Under the pieces are notes generated by a model. The model worked only from the letters and a program-made list of their open reading frames with translations, was not told the DNA's origin and did no database searches. The position numbers and the translations under genes were made by a program. From an uncultured Desulfatibacillum sp. (lineage in GTDB: Bacteria > Desulfobacterota > Desulfobacteria > Desulfobacterales > SpSt-501): a stretch of 64,000 bases of DNA. The stretch's first letter is position 1; every line of letters starts with the position of its first letter. The stretch is taken from assembly GCA_964427375.1 (NCBI GenBank), contig CAYRUF010000020.1:563-64562 (forward strand), written 5' to 3'. Positions 1 through 9,568 of the stretch are shown here, piece by piece.

Positions 1-408
1 TTCAGCGCGAAGACTGCCTCAAATCCTCTCAACCCGACAACCGCCGCGCGGGTCTCCGGTGATGTCGTGTCCATGCCGGCGACCCATTTCGACGACGGCA
101 AGGCGCGCTACTTCGAGCACCAACACGGCGGCATCACCATCCGTTACTTCGTGGTGAAGAGCGCCGACGGAGTCCTGCGGGCGGCCTTCGATGCCTGCGA
201 CGTATGCTGGCCGGCCGGCAAGGGCTATGCCCAGGACGGCGATTTCATGGTCTGCCGGAACTGCGGCCAGCGCTTCCACTCGACCAAGGTGAACGAGGTC
301 AAGGGCGGCTGCAATCCGGCGCCGCTGGAGCGCCGCGTTGAAAACGGGATGCTGGTGATCCGGGTGGGCGACATCCTCGAAGGCAAAACCTACTTTGACC
401 TAATTTGA
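1..408 (+). CDS. DUF2318 family Fe-S-containing protein (5' partial; C-terminus altered by MITE insertion)
   Basis: Frame is open from base 1; motifs DACDVC..KGY..MVCRNCGQRF..GGCNP are typical of DUF2318; the stop TGA (406-408) lies inside the MITE end. Confidence 0.8.
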   Translation, partial: FSAKTASNPLNPTTAARVSGDVVSMPATHFDDGKARYFEHQHGGITIRYFVVKSADGVLRAAFDACDVCWPAGKGYAQDGDFMVCRNCGQRFHSTKVNEVKGGCNPAPLERRVENGMLVIRVGDILEGKTYFDLI

Positions 409-695
409 GCGATTCTCACAGTGATGGTTATGGTAAGGTCCGCCGGGGTGTTCGCCCCGCAGGGCCCGCCGCAAAAGGCTCCCAGGCTTCGTCGACGCCC
501 CAAGGGTTTCCACAATGGCTCCTCACAGGCAGCGACGGCCGAGTGGGTCGTGAGCTCTGCCGTCCGGGGCTATCCGGGCCTATCTGAGCGGCATTGCTGC
601 CGTTGAGACGGCCACCGGAAAAATTGCAGCGGACCCTGCGGGGCGAACCCCCCCGGCGGACTCCACGGTCGGGTAATCCAATCGCTCAATTCAGG
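399..695 (-). mobile_element. ~297 bp non-autonomous MITE, copy 1
   Basis: Ends CCTAATTTGAGCGATT (399-414) / AATCGCTCAATTCAGG (680-695); flanking direct repeat TTTGA (394-398, 696-700); internal IR 438-474/624-661; core similar to copies at 7.8 and 15.5 kb. Confidence 0.85.
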
Positions 696-722
696 TTTGA
701 CTTTTCCAGAAAGGCCTGAGCC

Positions 723-1880
723 ATGACGCTGAAACGAATATCCATCCGCAACCTGATGCGGCGCAAGGGCAAGGCGGCCTTCATTCTGGCCGGGCTTGTG
801 ATCGGAGTGGCCACGGTCGTCGGCATCTTCACCTTCGTGGCGGCGACCACCCACGACATCGCCCACAAGCTCGAGCAATACGGCGCCAACATCCTGATTG
901 TGCCGAAAACCGAAAACCTATCTTTGAGCTACGGCGGGCTTTCGCTGGGCGGGGTGTCCTTCGACCTCGAAGAAATCCGGGAGTCCGAGCTGGCGCGGCT
1001 GGCCACCATTCCCAACCACCGCAACATCGCCGCGGTCGGCCCCATCGTGCTGGGGGCCGCGTCCGTTGCGGACCGTCGGATGCTGATGGCCGGCGTGGAT
1101 TTCCAGGCGGCCGAAATCCTCAAACCCTGGTGGCGGGTGGACGGCCGGTTGCCTCAGGCCGACGAGGCGCTGCTGGGGGCCGAGGCCGCCCGGGCGCTTA
1201 ACCTGACAACCGGCCAGCGCCTGTCCGTGAACGGCCGCGAATTGGCCGTTTCCGGGCGGCTCGAGGCCACCGGCTCCCAGGACGATCACCTGGCGTTTCT
1301 CACCCTCGCCACGGCCCAGCAGCTCTTTGCCAAGTCCGGAAAAATCTCCATGGTCGAGGTGGCGGCCCTGTGCAAGGACTGCCCGATGGAGGACATGGTC
1401 CGGCAGATCGCGGCGGTGCTGCCCGGCGCCAAGGTCATGGCCATCCAGCAGGTGGTCAAAAGCCGCATGGAGGCCTTGGCCCAGTTCCAGAAGTTTTCCT
1501 ACGGGATATCCGCCGTCATTCTTTTCATCGGCGGCCTGGTGGTGCTGGTCACCATGATGGGCAGCGTCCGGGAGCGCACCGAAGAGATCGGCATCTTCCG
1601 GGCCGTGGGCTTCCGGCGTTCGCACATCATGCAGGTCGTTTTCCTGGAGGCCGGGATCATTTCGGCGCTGGCCGGCGTGATCGGCTACGGCCTGGGATGG
1701 GCCTCGGCGGCTGCGGCACTCGCTCTGTCCGGCGACGGCCATGCGGGGCACGTTCCCTTTGCGCCCGAGTGGGCGCTGGGAGCGGTCGCCCTGGCGCTGG
1801 TCCTGGGGCTGGCCGCCACGGTTTATCCGGCGCAGATGGCATCGCGCCTCGATCCGAACGAAGCGCTGCGGGCGCTCTAA
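723..1880 (+). CDS. ABC transporter permease, MacB/FtsX family
   Basis: N-terminal TM helix, periplasmic domain, SVRERTEEIGIFRAVG motif, C-terminal TMs and SRLDPNEALR. Confidence 0.9.
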   Translation: MTLKRISIRNLMRRKGKAAFILAGLVIGVATVVGIFTFVAATTHDIAHKLEQYGANILIVPKTENLSLSYGGLSLGGVSFDLEEIRESELARLATIPNHRNIAAVGPIVLGAASVADRRMLMAGVDFQAAEILKPWWRVDGRLPQADEALLGAEAARALNLTTGQRLSVNGRELAVSGRLEATGSQDDHLAFLTLATAQQLFAKSGKISMVEVAALCKDCPMEDMVRQIAAVLPGAKVMAIQQVVKSRMEALAQFQKFSYGISAVILFIGGLVVLVTMMGSVRERTEEIGIFRAVGFRRSHIMQVVFLEAGIISALAGVIGYGLGWASAAAALALSGDGHAGHVPFAPEWALGAVALALVLGLAATVYPAQMASRLDPNEALRAL

Positions 1881-1904
1881 CCCTCGGGTCGGAAAGGAAC
1901 GCAC

Positions 1905-2612
1905 ATGAGCTACATCGTTGCAGACCAATTGGGCAAGTCCTTCGGAAGCGGAGCGGCCGCGGTGCACGCCGTTTCCGATCTGAATTTCCGGATCGCTCCG
2001 GGCGAGTTCGTCGCGATCATGGGCGAGTCCGGCGCCGGCAAGTCGACCCTGCTGGGAATCCTCGGGGCGATGAGCGCTCCGACCACGGGACGGCTGCACG
2101 TGGACGGCATCGACGTGTACGCGCTGAATCCGGACCGGCTGGCCGATTTCCGGCGCGAGTATCTGGGGTTCGTGTTCCAGAGTTTCCACCTGGTCCCCTA
2201 TCTGTCCGTGATCGAAAACGTCATGCTGCCGCTCGCCGTGAGCCGGCAGGGCGGCTTGGAAAAGCGCCGGCGGGCAAATGAGGCGCTGGCCCAGGTCGGC
2301 CTGGACGGAAAAGCCGACCGGCTCCCCGGAGAGATCTCGGGCGGCGAAAAGGAGCGCGTGGCGGTGGCGCGGGCGATCGTGAACGAGCCGCCGGTGCTGC
2401 TGGCCGACGAGCCCACGGGAAACCTGGATTCCGGAAACAGCCGTGAAATCATGCGGATGTTCCAGCGTCTGAACGCCTCCGGCATGACCGTCATCATGGT
2501 GACCCACAGCGCGGAATGCTCCGGCTATGCCGGGCGCATCATGCAGCTGAGCGACGGCCGACTGAAGACGGACCGGCGAGCCGCCGCCGCCCCTCTGCGG
2601 CGGGCTTCGTAA
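1905..2612 (+). CDS. ABC transporter ATP-binding protein (LolD/MacB-like)
   Basis: Walker A GESGAGKST, signature ISGGEKERVA, Walker B LLADEPTGNLD, MVTH. Confidence 0.93.
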   Translation: MSYIVADQLGKSFGSGAAAVHAVSDLNFRIAPGEFVAIMGESGAGKSTLLGILGAMSAPTTGRLHVDGIDVYALNPDRLADFRREYLGFVFQSFHLVPYLSVIENVMLPLAVSRQGGLEKRRRANEALAQVGLDGKADRLPGEISGGEKERVAVARAIVNEPPVLLADEPTGNLDSGNSREIMRMFQRLNASGMTVIMVTHSAECSGYAGRIMQLSDGRLKTDRRAAAAPLRRAS

Positions 2613-2675
2613 CCGGCGGCCCGGCGGAAGGGGTCGTGGGATTCCGCCGCGGGCGGCCGACGATCGAGGCGTTGC

Positions 2676-2703
2676 TTGACACCCTCGGCGCCGATCGTAT
2701 ATT
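2676..2703 (+). promoter_or_regulatory. sigma70-like promoter of the TIM-barrel gene
   Basis: TTGACA (2676-2681) N16 TATATT (2698-2703); the ORF track's TTG start at 2676 coincides with this -35 box. Confidence 0.45.
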
Positions 2704-2768
2704 TGACCGCGACCGGGGAGCGCTCAGCCGCCGGGGAACTCCGATTCCTCAAGCACGGGGGGACAGGC

Positions 2769-3611
2769 ATGGTTTTCGGTTACAGCACCAATGCGTTCGT
2801 GAAATACCGACTGGTGGATGCGGTGGCGCGCATCGCCCGGCTGGGATTCAAGGGCGTTGAGATCATGGCCGACCGGCCGCACCTGTATCCGCCGGATGTC
2901 GACGAAGCCGAGTTCGAGCGCCTCCAGCAGGCGCTGGTGTCCGGCGGGTTGAAAGTGACCAACCTGAACAGCTTCACGCTGTTCGCCGTGGGCGACACCT
3001 ATCTGCCTTCCTGGATCGAACCGGACCGCGGCCGCCGGGAGATCCGCATCCGCCACACCCGCGACTGCCTGCGCCTGGCCCGGCGGCTGGGCTGCGCCAA
3101 CATCTCCGTGCCGCCCGGCGGGCCGCTTTCCGGCGTCACCCGGGGCGAGGCCGAGCGGCTGTTTTACGAAGGGATCGAGGAGGTCGCCGCGCTCGCCGAA
3201 GCATTGAGCGTCCGACTGTTGGTCGAGCCGGAGCCCGGCCTGATGATTGAGACCACCCGTCAGTTCCAGGAATTCATGCGAGGCGTGCGCTCCCCGGCGG
3301 TCGGGGTGAATTTCGACATCGGCCATTTTTTCTGCGCCGGGGAAGATCCGCGGGAGGCCTTCGAGACGCTTTTCGAATGGGTGGGGCACGTTCACCTGGA
3401 AGACATCGCCCCCACGCGGGTCCATCGGCATCTGATCGCCGGCCGGGGCGCCATCCGGTTCGCCGATGTCCTGACATGCATGCGGCGGCTCGGCTACGCC
3501 GGCGACATCAGCCTGGAACTCTACCCCTACGTCGATACCCCGGAGGAAGCCGGGCGGGAGAGCCGGGCCTTCCTGGAACCGATCTTCGCAGAGGCGGGCT
3601 TCGACATCTAG
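2769..3611 (+). CDS. sugar phosphate isomerase/epimerase (xylose isomerase-like TIM barrel)
   Basis: Metal-ligand motifs VEPEP, NFDIGH, HVHLED, ISLELY; ATG at 2769 follows a purine-rich RBS-like stretch. Confidence 0.85.
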   Translation: MVFGYSTNAFVKYRLVDAVARIARLGFKGVEIMADRPHLYPPDVDEAEFERLQQALVSGGLKVTNLNSFTLFAVGDTYLPSWIEPDRGRREIRIRHTRDCLRLARRLGCANISVPPGGPLSGVTRGEAERLFYEGIEEVAALAEALSVRLLVEPEPGLMIETTRQFQEFMRGVRSPAVGVNFDIGHFFCAGEDPREAFETLFEWVGHVHLEDIAPTRVHRHLIAGRGAIRFADVLTCMRRLGYAGDISLELYPYVDTPEEAGRESRAFLEPIFAEAGFDI

Positions 3612-3682
3612 TCCGACATCCAGCGCGGCTCCCCGGATGAACGGTATGGCGGCGCAGGCAGCCGAGCGGCCGGTCCCGTCCG

Positions 3683-4591
3683 TCAGGCCCTGCTGCTGTG
3701 GCTGCTGACGGTCAGCACCGGGCAAGGCGAACGCCGCACCACCCGGTCGGTGGTTGAGCCCATCAGCAGGGATTCTATCAGGCCGTACCCCCGCACCCCC
3801 ATGACGATCATGTCCATGTTTTGGGCCACGGAATAGGCGACCAGCTCCTCGTGAGGCTGGCCGCGCAGGACGACCACCTGCAGGGAGCACCAGTTGCGGG
3901 CTTCCGGCGGCACCAGCTCTTCCAGTTTCGCCTTAAAGACATCGGTGTGAACCATGTCCTGGGCTTGTTCGGCGGGCGACATGAATTCGCGGTAGGCGGG
4001 CGGCTCGCTCACATGAATGAGGTGCAGTTCGGCCTCGAATTCCTGGGCCAGGCTGAGCCCGTAGTTCAAGCTGAGCACCGAGTCCGTCGAGAAGTCGCAG
4101 CCGACCAGAATTTTCTTCAGCCGGATGCCGGCGGCGTCCTTGCCGATGAAACCCTCCTCGGGGCTTTGCACGGCGAGCAGGGGACAGCTCAGGGTCCGCA
4201 TCAGGCGCTGGGTCACCGACCCCAGGATCAGCCGCTTCAGGCCGGAGTGGCCGCGAGTGGAGGTGATGACGAGATCGACGCCCTTTTCTTCGACCAGGCG
4301 GGCGATTTCGGCAGCCGGCTGGCCGACCGCGATCAACGGCTCCCACGTGACCCGATCGAGCCCCGGTATTTTGGGCAGATGGGCCTGGGCCTCCTGCTGG
4401 ATGCGCACCTGCTGGCCGATGGGGTCCAGCTGGAACTCGCCGTAGATCGTAACTGCCGACAAGTCGATGACGTGGCACACATAAAGCTTGGCGTCGAACT
4501 CCCGCGCGATCGCGACCCCATACGGAATGGTGCGGTTGGAATAATCCGAAAAATCGGTGGCGCAGATGATGCTCCGGAAATTCATTCTCAT
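3683..4591 (-). CDS. universal stress protein (tandem USP domains)
   Basis: Two IxxATDFS/VGCDFS starts and two G..G..LILGSVT/LMGSTT..L..CP motifs. Confidence 0.92.
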   Translation of the reverse strand: MRMNFRSIICATDFSDYSNRTIPYGVAIAREFDAKLYVCHVIDLSAVTIYGEFQLDPIGQQVRIQQEAQAHLPKIPGLDRVTWEPLIAVGQPAAEIARLVEEKGVDLVITSTRGHSGLKRLILGSVTQRLMRTLSCPLLAVQSPEEGFIGKDAAGIRLKKILVGCDFSTDSVLSLNYGLSLAQEFEAELHLIHVSEPPAYREFMSPAEQAQDMVHTDVFKAKLEELVPPEARNWCSLQVVVLRGQPHEELVAYSVAQNMDMIVMGVRGYGLIESLLMGSTTDRVVRRSPCPVLTVSSHSSRA

Positions 4592-4621
4592 ACGACACCT
4601 CCTTTTTTGAGGGACGAACGT

Positions 4622-6073
4622 TTATCCCTTTATGACCGCCAGCGGCGCCAGCCGGGCCACGCGCCGGGCCAGGCCGGCTCCGTGGACGACCTCAACGACC
4701 CGATCGACATCCTTGTAGGCCGCCGGCGCCTCCTCGGCCAGGCCGGCCATGCTGCCCGCGCGCACCCGGATGCCGCCGGCTTCGAGATCCCGGCGCAGGG
4801 CCGGTCCCTGCACGGAGCGCTTGGCTTGGTGCCGGCTCATGGTGCGGCCCGCGCCGTGGCAGCTGGAGCCGAACGTCTGGGACATGCCGCTTTCGGTTCC
4901 GACCAGCACCCAGCTGGAGGTGCCCATCGAGCCGGGGACCAGCACCGGCTGCCCGATGCCCCGGTAGACCGGCGGCAGCACGTCCGATCCGGGCCCGAAG
5001 GCCCGCGTGGCGCCCTTGCGATGCACGCACAGCGCGGCCGTCCGTTCTCCCACCGGATGGGATTCCACCTTGGCCATGTTGTGGGCGATATCGTAAATTT
5101 GAAAGAGGTGGTAACGTTTCAGTTTTCCGGCCAGCACCTGTTCGAACGAGCGTCGGATGTGATGGGCCAGCACCTGGCGGTTGGCAAATGCATAATTGGC
5201 GGCGGCTTTCATGGCGGCGAGGTAGTCCCGGCCCTCCGGGCTGCTCAGCGGCGCACAGACCAGTTCGCGGTCGGGCAGATCGATGCCGTATTGGCGGACG
5301 GCTTTCTGGAAGAGGTTGACATAGTCGGTGCAGACCTGATGCCCGAGGCCCCGTGATCCGCAATGGATCTGGACGACCACCTGCCCGGCGAAGAGGCCGA
5401 ATTGCCGGGCGACGGCTTCGTCCGCGATCCGATCGACCACGTCCACTTCGATGAAATGGTTGCCGGCCCCCAGCGTGCCGATCTGGCCCTTGCCGCGGTC
5501 GCGGGCGCGGGCGCTGACCTTTTCCGCATCGGCGCCGGGCAGGCAGCCCTCCTCCTCGGTGCGTTCGAGGTCGGCGGCGCTTCCAAACCCGCGCTGGACG
5601 GCCCACCGCGCGCCTTTTTCCATGACCTGGTCCAATTCGCCGGCGGCCAGTTTCACGGCACCGCCCTTGCCGACGCCGCTGGGGCAGTTGGCGTACAGCA
5701 TCGTCGCCAGGTCGTCCAGGTGAGGCCGAACGGCTTCAACGTCCAGTTGGCTGGCCAGCAGGCGGACCCCGCAGTTGATGTCGTAGCCCACCCCGCCCGG
5801 AGAGATCACCCCGTCCGGCAGGGCCGTAGCCACCACGCCGCCGATGGGAAACCCGTAGCCCTGGTGCATGTCCGGCATGGCCAGGACCTGGTTGACGACG
5901 CCCGGCAGCGTGGCGGTGTTGACCAGCTGCTCCAGGCTGCGGTCGCCGAGCACGTTTTCGATCAGGGCCTCGTCGGCATAAAACCGGGCCGGCACGCGCA
6001 TGTCCGGCCGAAATGACGACGGGATTTCATAGAGGTAGGTGTCGATTCTGCGTAGATCGCGGATGCGCACCAT
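4622..6073 (-). CDS. rtcB: RtcB family RNA ligase
   Basis: [62 protein letters not shown]; ATG at 6073 with AGGA RBS. Confidence 0.95.
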   Translation of the reverse strand: MVRIRDLRRIDTYLYEIPSSFRPDMRVPARFYADEALIENVLGDRSLEQLVNTATLPGVVNQVLAMPDMHQGYGFPIGGVVATALPDGVISPGGVGYDINCGVRLLASQLDVEAVRPHLDDLATMLYANCPSGVGKGGAVKLAAGELDQVMEKGARWAVQRGFGSAADLERTEEEGCLPGADAEKVSARARDRGKGQIGTLGAGNHFIEVDVVDRIADEAVARQFGLFAGQVVVQIHCGSRGLGHQVCTDYVNLFQKAVRQYGIDLPDRELVCAPLSSPEGRDYLAAMKAAANYAFANRQVLAHHIRRSFEQVLAGKLKRYHLFQIYDIAHNMAKVESHPVGERTAALCVHRKGATRAFGPGSDVLPPVYRGIGQPVLVPGSMGTSSWVLVGTESGMSQTFGSSCHGAGRTMSRHQAKRSVQGPALRRDLEAGGIRVRAGSMAGLAEEAPAAYKDVDRVVEVVHGAGLARRVARLAPLAVIKG

Positions 6074-6104
6074 GGGGTCCTCCTGAGCGCCGAGGAGCGG
6101 CGGG

Positions 6105-6518
6105 TCACACATCGAAGACCACGGTCACCACCAGACCTTCCGGATGGCGGCCGATGGCCAGATGGTGAAAGGTGACGGCCTTGACGTGCTTGTCCAATGC
6201 CTGGACCGGGGCGCCGCGGACGACCGCCTTGAGCCGGACGGGGGACAACTCGATGAAGTCGACCTGGTCGAAAATCAGGGATTCGGTTTCCGCCCAGAAG
6301 GCCAACTCGCTCAGCCAGGCCACCAGCAGGCTTTCCGCATCGGCCGCCTCCAATTCGATGCGTTTGGCGACGCTGCCGGCACCCCCGGAGCCTCCCGTCC
6401 GCATCAGGCTGTTCATGCCCGCCGCGGCGTTCCCAAACAGCTCGGCCAGATTCCGGCCGTATATGCGCAGCGCCCGGTCTGCGGTGTGGTCGACTTCTTC
6501 GAACCGTATGGGCACCAT
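6105..6518 (-). CDS. archease
   Basis: [26 protein letters not shown]-terminal VVFDV; immediately upstream of rtcB. Confidence 0.92.
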   Translation of the reverse strand: MVPIRFEEVDHTADRALRIYGRNLAELFGNAAAGMNSLMRTGGSGGAGSVAKRIELEAADAESLLVAWLSELAFWAETESLIFDQVDFIELSPVRLKAVVRGAPVQALDKHVKAVTFHHLAIGRHPEGLVVTVVFDV

Positions 6519-6610
6519 GACTCCCGCGGGCGCTGATGGTTTGAGGTGCGTGCCCGTCCGCACCGGCACGGGAGGTGAATGAAGGCCGAAGCAGTTGGGC
6601 GGCTATAGCA

Positions 6611-6651
6611 GGGGATGATTCAGTATGTAATGAGCATCCCCCGGATGTCAA
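6611..6651 (-). promoter_or_regulatory. sigma70-like promoter with overlapping inverted repeat, archease-rtcB-usp
   Basis: Minus-strand TTGACA (6651-6646) followed by TACATA/CATACT; IR GGGGATGATTCA..TGAGCATCCCC (6611-6641). Confidence 0.45.
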
Positions 6652-6697
6652 GCATTCCAACGGGCGACGATCCGGCGCGTCCTGCGCTCAAAATGAC

Positions 6698-6727
6698 TTT
6701 ACAGGCTTCGGGCGGCTTGCCTATAAT
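6698..6727 (+). promoter_or_regulatory. sigma70 promoter of the oxidoreductase gene
   Basis: TTTACA N18 TATAAT. Confidence 0.55.
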
Positions 6728-6773
6728 CACTGATCCGTTTTCCCCTTTTGGATTAAGGCAAGGAGGCCATCCG

Positions 6774-7802
6774 ATGAAAGCCATTTTTTTCGAAACCCAT
6801 GGAGAAATCGACGTTCTGCGTTATGGCCAGGTGCCCGATCCGACTCCGGCGGCCGGTCAGGTGGTGGTGCGGGTCCGGGCCTGCGCCCTGAATTTCCTGG
6901 ATATCTGGGTGCGGCGTGGCTGGCCGGGGCTGAAGCTTGAAATGCCGCACTGGTGCGGCGCGGACGTGGCCGGCGAGGTCGCCGCACTGGGCCCGGGCGT
7001 GTCCGGCTGGGCCGTGGGGCAGCGGGTGGTCGTCGATCCCGGGATCAACCGGTTCGAAGACGAGTTCACCCGGCGCGGCGCGGCGTCGATCAGCCCCGGA
7101 TACAGCGTCCTGGGCGAGCATGTGCGCGGCGGAGCCGCCGAGTACGTGGCGGTGCCGGCCGCCAACCTGGCTGCGATGCCCGAGGGGCTGGACTTTCCCG
7201 CCGCGGCCGCTCCGCTGCTGGTCGGCCTGACGGCCTGGCGCATGCTGATCCACCGCGCCGGTCTTCGCCCGGCGGAAACGGTGCTGGTGGTGGGCGCCGG
7301 CGGCGGAGTGAACAGCATGGCGATCCAGGTCGCCAAGCTCGCCGGGGCCACGGTGTGGGTCGTGGCCGACGGTGCGGAAAAGTCCGCCAAGGCCGTCCGG
7401 CTGGGCGCCGACCGGGTCATCGACCGCTCCCAAACGGACTGGGTCCGGGAGGTCCTAACGGCGACCGGCCGGCGCGGGGTCGACGTGGTGGTGGACAACG
7501 TCGGGCGGGCCACATTGGCCGGCAGCATGCAGGCGGTGGCGCGCGGCGGCCGCATCGTGATCGTGGGAAACACCAGCGGGCCCAAGGCCGAGATCGACAT
7601 CCGCTTCATCTTCGGCAAGCAGATCAGCCTCATCGGCAGCACCATGGGCAGCCACCAGGATTTTCTCACCGTGACGGGCCTGCTCTGGAAGGGCAGGCTT
7701 GAACCGGTGATCGATCGGGTGTTCCCGCTGAGCGAGGGGATCGAGGCCTATCGGCGGATGGAGGCGGGGGGGCATTTCGGCAAGATCCTGCTGCAGCCAT
7801 AA
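6774..7802 (+). CDS. zinc-binding dehydrogenase / quinone oxidoreductase (MDR family)
   Basis: VRACALNFLD, CGADVAGEV, VLVVGAGGGV, GSTMG; AAGGAGG RBS before ATG 6774. Confidence 0.9.
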   Translation: MKAIFFETHGEIDVLRYGQVPDPTPAAGQVVVRVRACALNFLDIWVRRGWPGLKLEMPHWCGADVAGEVAALGPGVSGWAVGQRVVVDPGINRFEDEFTRRGAASISPGYSVLGEHVRGGAAEYVAVPAANLAAMPEGLDFPAAAAPLLVGLTAWRMLIHRAGLRPAETVLVVGAGGGVNSMAIQVAKLAGATVWVVADGAEKSAKAVRLGADRVIDRSQTDWVREVLTATGRRGVDVVVDNVGRATLAGSMQAVARGGRIVIVGNTSGPKAEIDIRFIFGKQISLIGSTMGSHQDFLTVTGLLWKGRLEPVIDRVFPLSEGIEAYRRMEAGGHFGKILLQP

Positions 7803-7812
7803 CAAATTGCAA

Positions 7813-8107
7813 CCCAAATTGAGCGATTTTATCAGCTGACAGCGGAGCCCGTCGGGGTATGCGCCCCGCCGGGCCGCCGCAAAAGACGCCCAGGCTTCGT
7901 CAACGCCCCCGGGGTTTCTCCCATGGCTCCGCACCGGCAGCGACGGCCGAGTCGGCCGTGAGCGCTGCCGTCCGGGGCTATCTGGGCCTATCTGAGCGGG
8001 ATGGCTGCCGTCGAGAGACGGCTACTGAAAAATTGCGGCGGTCCGGCGGGGCGCATACCCCGACGGGCCTTCCCCTAACAATCCGTGTAAGAATCGCTCA
8101 AACTGTA
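7813..8107 (+). mobile_element. ~295 bp MITE, copy 2 (core in opposite orientation)
   Basis: CCCAAATTGAGCGATT (7813-7828) and AATCGCTCAA (8092-8101); flanks TGCAA/TGAAA; internal IR 7847-7882/8033-8068 with 35/36 match. Confidence 0.85.
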
Positions 8108-8132
8108 TGAAAGAAAAGCAGCGCGACAGGCC

Positions 8133-9278
8133 CTATCGATAGCGCTTGATAACCTCGCGGAAGATGATGAGCTTCTGGACGTCCTGGGTGCCTTCGCCGA
8201 GCGAAGATCCCCAGGCGTCCATCGGGAACTTGTGGATGGGATGCTCGAACATGACCGATGCGGCGCCGAAGATGTCCGCAGCCCAGGCCGTGGTCTTGCG
8301 GGCGGCCGCAACCGCGAGCAGCTTTGCGATCGAGGCCTGCTCGCGGAAGTCTGCGCCGCGGTCGACCGTCCAGCAGGCTCTCCAGAGCGCCAGGCGGGCG
8401 GCCTCGATTTCGGCATGCCGCTCGGCGATTTCAAACGACTTGGCCTGATGGTCGGCGATCCGCTGGCCGAAGGCGGTGCGCGTGACGGCGCGCTTCACGG
8501 CCAGGTCGAAGGCGCCGGCGGCGGTGCCGAGCGTCAGGGCCGAGATCGCTAACCGGCTGTGGGTGAAGATTTGCAGCACCTGCGCCAGCCCGTGGCCCTG
8601 TCGGCCGAGCAGGTGGTCGGCCGGCACCGCCACGTCCTTCAACTCCAGCCGCGTCAGGTCCGACGGCAGCCAGACCTGTTTGTTCAAACGGGTGCGCCGG
8701 ACTCCGGGCTGATGGAGATCGACCAGAAACATCGAAAGTCGGCGAGCCCGAGTGGCGGCCGGGTCGGTGACGGCCGTGATCACGGCCAGGTCGGCGACGC
8801 TGCCGTTGGTGACGTAGGATTTCGCGCCGGTGAGCCTCCAGCCGTCTGGCGCGGCGTCGGCCTGCATGGCAACGGCCGCCACGTCGCTTCCAGCGTGGCC
8901 TTCGGTGTTGCCGAGGCCCATGATCGATTCCCCCTTCAGGGCCTTTTCCGCATAGCGGCGCTGAAGCTGCCGCGAACCGAAAAGAAAAAGGCCCATCAGG
9001 CCGAGGTCGGCGTGCGCGAGCGCTGCAATCGCCGCGCCCGGCGAACGCCGGGCCAGTTCCTCCGCGAAGAGAGCTTCCCGCAGGGCCGAACGCTTTACGA
9101 GGCCACTTTCTGACCATTCGAATCCGTACCCGCCCGATCGGCCCAGCTCCTCAAAAAATTCCCTCGGAAGGTCTCGGCGGCGGTACCAGTCGTTCAACCG
9201 CGTTTGGAAGCCGCTGTTCAAAAAATCTTTGAATTGGCTGAATTCAATAAGCAATTCTTCCGGAAGGGCGAAGTCCAT
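8133..9278 (-). CDS. acyl-CoA dehydrogenase family protein
   Basis: GNTEGHAGSDVAA, LTGAKSYVTNG, RTAFGQRIADHQ, SLGEGTQDVQKLII. Confidence 0.9.
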   Translation of the reverse strand: MDFALPEELLIEFSQFKDFLNSGFQTRLNDWYRRRDLPREFFEELGRSGGYGFEWSESGLVKRSALREALFAEELARRSPGAAIAALAHADLGLMGLFLFGSRQLQRRYAEKALKGESIMGLGNTEGHAGSDVAAVAMQADAAPDGWRLTGAKSYVTNGSVADLAVITAVTDPAATRARRLSMFLVDLHQPGVRRTRLNKQVWLPSDLTRLELKDVAVPADHLLGRQGHGLAQVLQIFTHSRLAISALTLGTAAGAFDLAVKRAVTRTAFGQRIADHQAKSFEIAERHAEIEAARLALWRACWTVDRGADFREQASIAKLLAVAAARKTTAWAADIFGAASVMFEHPIHKFPMDAWGSSLGEGTQDVQKLIIFREVIKRYR

Positions 9279-9568
9279 TTTTTTATCCTTGCGGATGCGA
9301 CGCGGCTGTCATTCTCTCGGGAGATGATTTTACGAAACCATACGCCATTTGAGGTTTTATCAATTTATTTTTTAAAAATACGCCTTTTGGATTTAAATGA
9401 CAAGATAATATGAATGCCATTTTTTATTTTGATATCGATATTGCAATTTGGGTTGGCTTTATGCTAACCATAAAGCAGGCTATCTCTTGAGCATGGTTCC
9501 AGCAGCGTGCTGTGGGCTTATGATATCTCCTCCGATGACCGCGAACGGCAGGCGAAAGAGAGGGCGCC

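Noticed and set aside
421-606. Similar peptides (PQK.PRLR.RP.GF..VRG..GLSER) from ORFs 421-606, 7859-8110 and 15541-15867
   Set aside because: They follow trivially from the DNA repeat; starts and stops differ and a 2-nt indel shifts the frame in copy 2.
9415-9480. sigma54 (-24/-12) promoters in the AT-rich regions before khpA and kamA
   Set aside because: GG-to-GC spacing did not fit the consensus at the candidate sites.
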